The translations under genes were made by a program, and so were the position numbers. A stretch of DNA of 64,000 bases from Candidatus Zambryskibacteria bacterium RIFCSPHIGHO2_01_FULL_43_25 (GTDB lineage Bacteria > Patescibacteriota > Minisyncoccia > Phycocordibacterales > Zambryskibacteraceae): assembly GCA_001823695.1 (NCBI GenBank), contig MHVD01000002.1:15215-79214 (forward strand), in the 5' to 3' direction. Below are positions 38,386 through 46,568 of this stretch, piece by piece; position 1 is the stretch's first letter; each line of letters starts with the position of its first letter. The notes under the pieces are model-generated. The model was not told the DNA's origin and made no database searches. It saw only the letters and a program-made list of their open reading frames with translations.

Positions 38386-40638
38386 ATGTTGTTAAAATCT
38401 GTAGAATTATCCGGTTTTAAATCATTCGCTAAAAAAAGCGCATTCCAATTTACTTCCGCCATCTCAGCGATAGTAGGTCCTAACGGTTCCGGCAAAAGCA
38501 ATGTAGCCGAAGCTTTTCGTTTCGTTTTGGGAGAGCAATCAATAAAGTCACTGCGCGGCAAGCGCGGAGAAGATTTAATTTGGAACGGAGGCAAAGATGC
38601 GCCAAGATCAAATAGGGCAGATGTGAAAGTCATCTTTGATAACAGCAGGCGATTCCTGAATATTGATTTTGATGAAGTGTCAATTGAACGTGTCGTGAAC
38701 AGGGACTCAAGCAATGAGTATTTTATCAATGGCAGCCAAGTTCGGCTCAAAGATATAGTAGAACTTTTAGCTCATGCCCATATCGGTTCCTCCGGACACC
38801 ACATTATTTCTCAAGGCGAGGCAGACAGAATCTTGGGCAGTTCAATGAAGGAGCGCAGGGAAATGATTGAAGATGCGCTAGGTCTAAAGATATATCAATA
38901 CAAAAGACAGGAGAGTGAGCGCAAGCTTGAGAAAACCTTAAGCAATCTTGTCCAAGTTGAATCCTTAAGAAGAGAAGTGGCTCCCCACTTACGTTTTCTT
39001 AAAAAACAGGTGGAAAAGCTGGAAAGAATTGAACAGTTGAAAGAGAATCTCAAAGTCAAGGCGTTAGAATATCTAAAACGGGAGGAAATTTATCTTTCAA
39101 ACGAGGAGAAGAGCATTGAGGGAGCAAGAAAACCCCTTGAAGACGAGTTCAAAACTTGCGGAGAGGAGCTCAATTCGGCTAAGGAAGCTCTTGAGAAATC
39201 ATCAGGCAAGGATAAAAAAAGCGATGAGCTTATCTCTCTTGAGAAAAAAATCAAAGAAGCGAGGGAAAAATCTGAAGGAATAATACAAAAGGTAGGGAAA
39301 CTTGAAGGCCGTATTGTTGCGGAAGAGGAGATTTTAAATAAACAGAAGGAGATCGCCCTCTCTAGCGAACATAAGACAGTGCCTTTGGTTGAGGTTGAAA
39401 ATCTGGTTAAGGAAGCGGAAGGAAGCATTGAAGAAGCTGAAAAAGCGGGAGGCCTTGAAACTTTCAAAGCAGTGCTCTTCTCGCTTCGGCAGATGCTTCG
39501 TTCCTTTATTGAAAACAAAAAAGGCCAGACTGACAGCAGGATTATACAGGATACAGAACGAAAGATTCAGGAGTTTAAACATCTAAAAGACGAAGCCGAT
39601 AATAATCTGGCGGGTATAAAAAAGATCGAAGAGGAGCTGTACCGTCAGTACGAAAGTCTAAGAAAGGAGATTGAAACGGCCAAAGATTCAAGCCGAGATG
39701 CGGAAAAGAAAATGTTTGAAATAATGTCGCGGCAGAAAGAGATAAGTGCGGAACTCAATGTTTTGAGAGAAAGAGCCAGGCGTCTGACGTCGGAGAGTGA
39801 GGAGTTTAAGCGCGAAATTGCCGAAATTGCCGCTCTGGCCGGCAGAGAAATACTTGAGTACAAATCTTTCAGCGTTGATTCTTCTGATGAAAATAGAGAG
39901 AAACAGGAAGAGAGAAAAAGAGAAATAGAAAAATTTAAAATCCGCCTTGAGGATTCTGGACTTTTGGGCGGCGAAGACGTAATGAAGGAATTTAAGGAAA
40001 CCAGCGAAAGAGACTCTTTCTTGGAAAAAGAGATAAATGACTTGAGGGATTCGGCCGAATCCCTCAAGAAACTAATTGTTGACTTAGGCGAACAGCTTGA
40101 CCGCGAGTTTAAGGAGGGAATTGAGAAGATAAATAAGGAATTTCAGAACCTGTTTGCTCTAATGTTTAACGGTGGCTCGGCTTCCCTTAAGCTTATCAAA
40201 GCGCAAAAAAGGATAAAAAAGGAAACCGATGATCTGGAGCTTCCGACTGATAATGTGGAATCGGAGGAGAAAGAAGAGTTTGAAGAGGGAATTGACATTG
40301 ACGTGGTGCTTCCTAGAAAGAAAATAAAAGGGCTGATGATGCTCTCCGGCGGCGAGAGGGCGCTTACCTCCATAGCGCTTCTCTTCGCGATGTCTCAAGT
40401 CAACCCGCCGCCTTTTATTATTCTTGATGAAACGGATGCGGCGCTTGATGAAGCCAACTCCAAAAAATACGGCGATATGATAGAGGATCTCTCAAAATCT
40501 TCCCAGCTTATTCTCATAACCCACAACAGGGAAACAATGTCGCGCGCCGGCGTTATCTACGGAGTAACAATGGATTCAGGCGGCGTATCAAAAACTCTTT
40601 CAATCCAATTTGACGAGGCCACAGCAGTCGCAAAATAA
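38386..40638 (+). CDS. smc: SMC-family ATPase, short (750 aa)
   Basis: GFKSF, GPNGSGKSN, Q-loop ISQG, LSGGE, LDETDAALD and ITH. Confidence 0.9.
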   Translation: MLLKSVELSGFKSFAKKSAFQFTSAISAIVGPNGSGKSNVAEAFRFVLGEQSIKSLRGKRGEDLIWNGGKDAPRSNRADVKVIFDNSRRFLNIDFDEVSIERVVNRDSSNEYFINGSQVRLKDIVELLAHAHIGSSGHHIISQGEADRILGSSMKERREMIEDALGLKIYQYKRQESERKLEKTLSNLVQVESLRREVAPHLRFLKKQVEKLERIEQLKENLKVKALEYLKREEIYLSNEEKSIEGARKPLEDEFKTCGEELNSAKEALEKSSGKDKKSDELISLEKKIKEAREKSEGIIQKVGKLEGRIVAEEEILNKQKEIALSSEHKTVPLVEVENLVKEAEGSIEEAEKAGGLETFKAVLFSLRQMLRSFIENKKGQTDSRIIQDTERKIQEFKHLKDEADNNLAGIKKIEEELYRQYESLRKEIETAKDSSRDAEKKMFEIMSRQKEISAELNVLRERARRLTSESEEFKREIAEIAALAGREILEYKSFSVDSSDENREKQEERKREIEKFKIRLEDSGLLGGEDVMKEFKETSERDSFLEKEINDLRDSAESLKKLIVDLGEQLDREFKEGIEKINKEFQNLFALMFNGGSASLKLIKAQKRIKKETDDLELPTDNVESEEKEEFEEGIDIDVVLPRKKIKGLMMLSGGERALTSIALLFAMSQVNPPPFIILDETDAALDEANSKKYGDMIEDLSKSSQLILITHNRETMSRAGVIYGVTMDSGGVSKTLSIQFDEATAVAK

Positions 40639-40765
40639 TTTGTGACACGCTATTAGGCATAAGCGATAAGCGTTGTGAAATAGCATTTTGCAATGGGGGC
40701 TTATAGTTTACCGTTTTCTCACTCGTTTAAATATTGTGTAGTAATAGCTATTTGGTTTAGTTTAT

Positions 40766-40805
40766 CAACTATATCCCTTATTCGCGCGAATAAGGGATAT
40801 AGTTG
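40766..40805. repeat. 40-bp perfect loop-less palindrome
   Basis: CAACTATATCCCTTATTCGC|GCGAATAAGGGATATAGTTG. Confidence 0.95.
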
Positions 40806-40885
40806 GGAGTGGTTTTAAATTAAAGTAAATTAAGGCGAAAACATCTAGATATAATTGTATTTATCAGCTGATGGAAACATTTCGT

Positions 40886-40923
40886 ATTCTATTTGATATT
40901 TTGCGCAAAATATCAAATAGAAT
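40886..40923. repeat. 38-bp perfect loop-less palindrome
   Basis: ATTCTATTTGATATTTTGC|GCAAAATATCAAATAGAAT. Confidence 0.95.
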
Positions 40924-40968
40924 GCTGGATTAGCGAGTAATAGTTAACGTTAAATTTTTTAAGCACAA

Positions 40969-41001
40969 ACCCTGACGTAACAAGTCCCGTTACGTCAGGG
41001 T
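40969..41001 (-). terminator. Terminator hairpin
   Basis: ACCCTGACGTAAC/GTTACGTCAGGGT. Confidence 0.75.
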
Positions 41002-41017
41002 GGCCACGGGGGTCAGT

Positions 41018-41401
41018 TCACAGTTCCATACATGCTCTGATGAACTTCTCAGTGATTGCGTACCGTCCGTCGGTGAACAATACGAGGTATGGCGGTGCAT
41101 CCGTCCACTCTTCTCTGTTGGCCTGCTTGAGACTTGCATCGTCGTACCACACTCCGGACAGTCCGAAAAACATCAAGTCTGGGTCCCAACCTTGAGAGTT
41201 GTAGAACTCAACCAGCTCCCGAATCGTAAATCTGGTCCACTCTCCACGTGATCTGAAGAAAAGGAGCAGTTTGGCGGCGGCGACCTCAACCTCATGCTTG
41301 CCAAACCTCCCTACCGCGAGCCCTCTCATCTCGATTTGCAATGGAGTTGACAGTTTGAGGGCGGCCGCGTCCGAATTGCTCCATACCTCTTGGGTGGTCA
41401 T
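41018..41401 (-). CDS. Orphan hypothetical protein (cassette)
   Basis: TTGACA-N17-TAGTCT promoter, AGGAGG SD before ATG 41401 and a terminator. Confidence 0.7.
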   Translation of the reverse strand: MTTQEVWSNSDAAALKLSTPLQIEMRGLAVGRFGKHEVEVAAAKLLLFFRSRGEWTRFTIRELVEFYNSQGWDPDLMFFGLSGVWYDDASLKQANREEWTDAPPYLVLFTDGRYAITEKFIRACMEL

Positions 41402-41533
41402 TTTCCAGCCTCCTGTTTTCTGTGGTTGTACTTCCAAAGCAAAGACTATCACTGGCAGAGTAGTGTGTCAAAAGCCGAAACTCCTGATGTATAAGTATGT
41501 TGAAAGAAACCTAAAATCTACACAAAAACAAAA

Positions 41534-41567
41534 CCCCGACGTAATTACGTATGTAATTACGTCGGGG
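41534..41567 (-). terminator. Terminator hairpin
   Basis: CCCCGACGTAATTAC/GTAATTACGTCGGGG followed by a T-tract on the minus strand. Confidence 0.8.
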
Positions 41568-41600
41568 GGCAGAACTGTTTCAGTTGTCAGGGTGAGCGGG

Positions 41601-42101
41601 CTAACCCAACGATCCTCGGGCGATTTCTCTGTTGGAGTACTTCTTCTGGCCGGTGACTTCAACGTATCTCCTACCGAGGTGCTCGGGGAAATGAACCATC
41701 TCGTTCATGTCCTCAAGCTCAACCTCAAGGATGACCAGCCAGTCCACGGGCTCCAAATACTTATCCAGTTCGAATGTGTGGCCCATGTATTCAAACGTAT
41801 AGCGGATCTTTCGGATGGTGGCGCTATCAAGGTCCCTTTCTTTCAGAAAAAGAGAGTACTCTTCGGCGCTGATTTCCAACTCTTCCTCTTGGCGAATGCC
41901 TGTCTTGCCCGCCGGCTTCTTGGTTGTATAGAAGAATCTCGTGGAACCTGCGGTGATGACCTTTCTGACGCGCCTTTCAGCGCCGGAATCGTCCGTGAGG
42001 TAGGTCTGCTCTATCTCTCTTACGGATGCGTCCTCCGGAATCATGAACGGGCTGAAGTCCGATACGCGAAACTTCCTCTCAATCTCAAGCTTGTTTGCCA
42101 T
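41601..42101 (-). CDS. CYTH-domain (triphosphate tunnel metalloenzyme) protein
   Basis: LEIERKF (ExExK), IEQTYL, RRVRK, K.RY.F, ELD and LEVEL. An AGGAG SD precedes the start. Confidence 0.92.
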   Translation of the reverse strand: MANKLEIERKFRVSDFSPFMIPEDASVREIEQTYLTDDSGAERRVRKVITAGSTRFFYTTKKPAGKTGIRQEEELEISAEEYSLFLKERDLDSATIRKIRYTFEYMGHTFELDKYLEPVDWLVILEVELEDMNEMVHFPEHLGRRYVEVTGQKKYSNREIARGSLG

Positions 42102-42169
42102 TGCAGTTCTCCTGTGGAGGAAGGAACTATACCAACGTCTATATTACATTCTTAATTTTTTTGATCAAA

Positions 42170-44095
42170 CTACACAAAAACAAAATCCAGTGTTCTTTTG
42201 TCCAGGTCGGCATCAACGAGTTTCACTCTTACTTTGTCTCCAAGCGTAAACTTCCTTTTTAATTTTGTGCCAACGATAGCGTAATTTTCTCTTTGGAGTT
42301 CATAAAAATCATCAGTCATATCTCTCATTCTGACCATTCCTTCCGCTTTGGTTTCAGTTTCTTCAACATAGACACCCCACTCGGATACTCCGGAAACGAC
42401 AGCATTAAATTCCTCGCCGACATGTCCGAGCATATACTCAACCTGTTTGTATTTGATTGAAGCTCTCTCCGCTTCGGCAGCAGAAATTTCCTTGTCTGAC
42501 GAGTCTTGAGCGATGCTTTGATAGAGAGCGATCTCATCTCTGGCGACCTGTCCGCTTGTCAGGTAACGCTCAAAAAGCCGGTGAACTATGAGGTCGGGAT
42601 ACCGGCGGATTGGGGAAGTGAAATGGGTGTAGTACTTGAAAGCCAAGCCAAAATGGCCAATGTTTTTTGTGGAATAAATCGCTTTTGCCATAGAACGGAT
42701 AGCCGCAGTCTTGACCAAAGATTCTTCCTCCGTGCCATCAACTTGTTTGAGCAGGACGTTCATATCCTTTGCGGAAATCGTACCGTTCTCAATCGGCAGG
42801 TGGTATCCCAGCGCTTTGATAAAGACCGACAGCTCGGCAATCTTATCCCTGTCCGGTATGTCGTGTATTCGGTATATGAACGATTTGTTCTGGCGGGTTT
42901 TCTTCTCGTCTTTGTACATAAACTCGGCTACCTCGCGATTTGCCAAAAGCATAAATTCCTCCACCAATTTGTGGGTGTCCTTACGCTCCTTCTTGTATAT
43001 GCGGACGGGTACGCCGTCTTTATCAAGCTCAAACTTTATTTCTTCCGCTTCAAAATCTATGGCGCCGGCGGCAAACTTCTTCTCAGCGAGTTTTTTTGCG
43101 ATGCGATTCAGTATGTTGAGTTCATTATAAAAATCACCCCGTTTTTTGTCCAAAATATCTTGTGCCTCTTCATAGACGAAACGCCTGTTCGAGTGAATTA
43201 CTGTTTTGCCGAACCACCTCTCCAAAACCTCCCCGTTTTCATTCATTGTGAAGACGGCCGAGAAAGTCAGTTTATCTTGGTTGGGGTTCAGGGAGCAGAG
43301 TTCGTTTGAAAGCGTTTCCGGAAGCATCGGGATAGTGCGGTCAACGAGGTAAACCGAAAATCCTCTTTTGCGCGCCTCCCTGTCTAGTGCATTTTTAGGC
43401 CTGACAAAAAAGGAAACATCCGCGATGTGAATACCTATTTCATATTTGCCGCCAGGTAGCTCTTTTATGGAGAGCGCATCGTCAAAGTCTTTGGCGTCCT
43501 GCGGGTCAATAGTAAACGTTGTAGTGCCCCGGAAGTTTCTTCTTTTGGCTGCCTCGACTTCAAATTCTTTCGGATATCCTGTCTTTATCTTTTGGGCCTC
43601 TTTCTCAACCGTGGCGGAAAACTCGGTATCAAAACCTCGCTCGAGCACAATGGCCCGCATCTCAACCTCGTGGCTGCCCTTGCGGCCGAGGATTTGAATG
43701 ACCCTGCCTTCAGGCGACTTGTCGGGGTCCTTCCAGCTGATTATTTCAACAAATACCTTGTCTCCATCTTTGGCCTTTTTTGATTTTGATGAATGGACGA
43801 AAATGTCCCGATACATTCGGCGATCGTCCGGCTTCAGGAAAAAGAAGTCACCCGACTGCTCCAATACTCCAACGAAGCGTATCTTTGTGCGCTTAATAAT
43901 CCTTAAAACCTCGCCCTGCTGCCGCAGATTCTTCTTTTTGGGAAAAACGGCTATTTCCACCTCGTCGCCGTTAAGAGCGGTTTTAAGCAGGCCTTCAGGA
44001 ATTTCAATATCTTCTTCAAATCGGTCCGACTCGAAGTAGCCGATTCCCCGGCCGGTTACTATTATCGGTCCGGTAAGCTTAGTGTTTTCTTTCAT
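42170..44095 (-). CDS. rnr: Ribonuclease R
   Basis: TIDPQDAKDFDDALS, HFTSPIRRYPD and an S1 C-terminus. Confidence 0.95.
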   Translation of the reverse strand: MKENTKLTGPIIVTGRGIGYFESDRFEEDIEIPEGLLKTALNGDEVEIAVFPKKKNLRQQGEVLRIIKRTKIRFVGVLEQSGDFFFLKPDDRRMYRDIFVHSSKSKKAKDGDKVFVEIISWKDPDKSPEGRVIQILGRKGSHEVEMRAIVLERGFDTEFSATVEKEAQKIKTGYPKEFEVEAAKRRNFRGTTTFTIDPQDAKDFDDALSIKELPGGKYEIGIHIADVSFFVRPKNALDREARKRGFSVYLVDRTIPMLPETLSNELCSLNPNQDKLTFSAVFTMNENGEVLERWFGKTVIHSNRRFVYEEAQDILDKKRGDFYNELNILNRIAKKLAEKKFAAGAIDFEAEEIKFELDKDGVPVRIYKKERKDTHKLVEEFMLLANREVAEFMYKDEKKTRQNKSFIYRIHDIPDRDKIAELSVFIKALGYHLPIENGTISAKDMNVLLKQVDGTEEESLVKTAAIRSMAKAIYSTKNIGHFGLAFKYYTHFTSPIRRYPDLIVHRLFERYLTSGQVARDEIALYQSIAQDSSDKEISAAEAERASIKYKQVEYMLGHVGEEFNAVVSGVSEWGVYVEETETKAEGMVRMRDMTDDFYELQRENYAIVGTKLKRKFTLGDKVRVKLVDADLDKRTLDFVFV

Positions 44096-44269
44096 CGTTT
44101 GAATTTGTCACGGTTAATCATCTTACTATTTTATGGTGTTATTTTCCAGTTTCTATTGAAACTCTGGTTAATGACTTCTGCAAAAAACAATGGACCCCAT
44201 TTTTGACATATTTTCTCTGGGCAGATAATCTTTACCTGGATTAAGCACACCCTTTTGGAGGAGGGTACG

Positions 44270-44512
44270 ATGGAGAGAAACACAGTCGGTAGCCGCGGCG
44301 CTCTGAATCACGAGTACTGCCGGAGCGAATCACTTGGCTGGATGAGGATTTTGATTGTCCTCATCGAATATCCCTTTTTCGTGTTTCTTACCGCACTGGG
44401 AGTCGTCGCTTTCTTCTTACTTGGTTCAATTCTGGTGGTTGTATTCGGCTGGCGGAATTTGCTCTCGGATGCTAGGGAGTCTACCGACTCTCTCTTTTGG
44501 ACCGATTCCTGA
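44270..44512 (+). CDS. Orphan small membrane protein (cassette)
   Basis: TTGACA-N17-TAATCT promoter, GGAGGAGG SD, hydrophobic core and a terminator. Confidence 0.55.
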   Translation: MERNTVGSRGALNHEYCRSESLGWMRILIVLIEYPFFVFLTALGVVAFFLLGSILVVVFGWRNLLSDARESTDSLFWTDS

Positions 44513-44530
44513 CATGGCCCACAACTTGCA

Positions 44531-44576
44531 AACCGCCCCCGTTTCGCCCTAGGCGAGACGGGGGCGGTTCTTTGTT
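44531..44576 (+). terminator. Intrinsic terminator
   Basis: AACCGCCCCCGTTTCGCC/GGCGAGACGGGGGCGGTT followed by a T-rich tail. Confidence 0.8.
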
Positions 44577-44720
44577 GACCAAATTTAATTTTTTAGTTAC
44601 TATACTGGCCACATTGCCCCGTTGTAAATTCAATTTGAGTTAATGTTGCTTTTAAGGTACATTTACGGAGCAAGTTTTTGGAGTTACTGACTTTAATTAT
44701 CAGATAAAATTTACTTCGGG

Positions 44721-45209
44721 ATGTTGAAAATACGGCTGGAGAGAGTTGGCAGAAAAAATGACCCGTCTTTCAGGGTTGTTCTAACTGAATCAAAAAATGC
44801 CGCAAAGAGCGGCAAATTTCTGAAAGTCTTGGGCCATTATGACTCGAGAAAAGACACTATCCGCTTGGAAGGGGAAGAGATAAAAAGTTGGATTTCAAAA
44901 GGCGCTCAAGTTTCGGATACGATGCACAATCTCTTAATTTCAAACAAAATACTGGAAGGCAAGAAGAAAAATGTTCTGCCGCGCAAGAGACCAATAACAA
45001 AGGAACCTACAACGAACGACTTACAACAGACAACACAATCAGAGCAGATAGCAACAAACGAAGCGGAAACCCAGTCAGAATCTCAGCCGGAGAGCGCCGA
45101 AGAAGAGGCCAAAGCGCAAGAATCTCCGGTCGCGAAGATTTCTAGCCAAGAATCTCTCGTCCCGGTCCCAGAAGAGAGGGAGGCTTCCGAGGGCGAAGAG
45201 AAGACCTAA
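44721..45209 (+). CDS. rpsP: 30S ribosomal protein S16 with acidic C-terminal extension
   Basis: MLKIRLERVGRKNDPSFRVV and WISKGAQVSDT. Confidence 0.95.
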   Translation: MLKIRLERVGRKNDPSFRVVLTESKNAAKSGKFLKVLGHYDSRKDTIRLEGEEIKSWISKGAQVSDTMHNLLISNKILEGKKKNVLPRKRPITKEPTTNDLQQTTQSEQIATNEAETQSESQPESAEEEAKAQESPVAKISSQESLVPVPEEREASEGEEKT

Positions 45210-45299
45210 TTATTGGGGCTTTTACAACTCCTATTTTTTTGGTAATATGTTTTAAAGCATTAACTGAAATGCTGTTTAGTAGTAGTTGAACAGAAAAAC

Positions 45300-45608
45300 A
45301 TGGAAAGAGACGTAGAATTTTTGGAGATGGTTGTTAAGGCGCTTGTAGACAATCCTCAAGACGTTAAGACCAATCGGACAGTAGACGAAATGGGCGTGCT
45401 CATAACTCTCGATGTCAATTCGGCCGATATGGGCAAGATTATCGGGCGGTCAGGAAATACTGCCAAGGCGATAAGAACATTACTTAGAGTTGTTGGGATG
45501 AAGAATAATGCCAGGGTGAACCTCAAGATCAATGAACCGGAGGGGGCAAAGAGGAACGACTCTGTGACCAAAGATTTTGACCAGGCAATGGAAGATCTCA
45601 AATTATAG
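45300..45608 (+). CDS. khpA: KH-domain RNA-binding protein KhpA
   Basis: LVDNP, DMGKIIGRSGNTAKAIRTLL and position after rpsP. Confidence 0.9.
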   Translation: MERDVEFLEMVVKALVDNPQDVKTNRTVDEMGVLITLDVNSADMGKIIGRSGNTAKAIRTLLRVVGMKNNARVNLKINEPEGAKRNDSVTKDFDQAMEDLKL

Positions 45609-45638
45609 CTTGCTAGCTAATTAGCTGCTTAGCTTGTT

Positions 45639-45674
45639 AAACACAAACGCCCCCGAGCGGGGCGTTTGTGTTTT
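45639..45674. terminator. Intrinsic terminator
   Basis: AAACACAAACGCCCC/GGGGCGTTTGTGTTT. Confidence 0.8.
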
Positions 45675-45715
45675 CTCGGAAAAGCTTATAAGCTGAAAAA
45701 CCAAGAAGTTAATTT

Positions 45716-46366
45716 ATGACTTTTCACATAGTAACCCTTTTCCCCAAAGCTTTTGATTCATATCTCAATGAGTCAATCCTTAAGCGCGCCATTAAAGACA
45801 GGAAGATAAAGGTCAGGTTTTACAATCCGAGGGATTTCACGAAGGATAAGTGGCGACGAATAGACCGCAAACCTTTTGGCGGCGGTCCCGGTATGGTCAT
45901 CGAAGCGGTGCCCGTAATAAAAGCAGTTGCCAAAGCAACTGCTGGAATTAAGAATAAGGAATTAGGAATAAAGATTGTCTGGTTAAGTCCTGGAGGAAAA
46001 CAGTTTACGAATCAATATGCCGAAAAAGTCCGCAAGTCATCAAGTGACATTATAATTATCTGCGGAAGGTATGAAGGGATTGATTCAAGGATAAAAAAAG
46101 TTTTCAAAGTAGACGAGATATCTGTAGGACCGTATGTGCTTACAGGAGGGGAGTTACCGGCAATGATTATAATTGATGCGATAAGCCGAAGGGTTCCCGG
46201 AGTGCTGGGGGACAATCTTTCGGTAGAGGAAAACAGGGTTTCTTCGCACGATGTTTACACAAGGCCGGAAATTTTTGAATACAAAGGCAAAAAATACAAA
46301 GTGCCAAAAGTGCTTCTCTCTGGTCATCACAAGAAAATAGAAGAGTGGAAAAAAAGATATAAGTAA
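45716..46366 (+). CDS. trmD: tRNA (guanine37-N1)-methyltransferase
   Basis: PFGGGPGM, CGRYEGID and YVLTGGE. Confidence 0.96.
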   Translation: MTFHIVTLFPKAFDSYLNESILKRAIKDRKIKVRFYNPRDFTKDKWRRIDRKPFGGGPGMVIEAVPVIKAVAKATAGIKNKELGIKIVWLSPGGKQFTNQYAEKVRKSSSDIIIICGRYEGIDSRIKKVFKVDEISVGPYVLTGGELPAMIIIDAISRRVPGVLGDNLSVEENRVSSHDVYTRPEIFEYKGKKYKVPKVLLSGHHKKIEEWKKRYK

Positions 46367-46371
46367 AAAGG

Positions 46372-46426
46372 TTATCCACAGGGAGAATGGCGGCCTCTTG
46401 ACAGGAAAAACAGGGAGAGTATACTA
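46372..46426 (+). promoter_or_regulatory. DnaA box plus rpoB promoter
   Basis: TTATCCACA at 46372-46380, TTGACA at 46398, TATACT 16 nt later. Confidence 0.6.
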
Positions 46427-46568
46427 TTTCCACTTCGGCAAGATTGAGTTACGGCGGGAAAACGAAGTAGTTGCGGTCTCGTTTTTTAGTATCTTGCTTC
46501 TAATAAGCCATTAACAGGGAGAGGTAATAATAGGTAGCCCTTATCAGAAGGGCGGCTTTTTTGTTTTT

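Noticed and set aside
41271-42155. 294-aa plus-strand ORF
   Set aside because: It is antisense to CYTH and the neighbouring cassette, crosses a terminator, and has no motifs.
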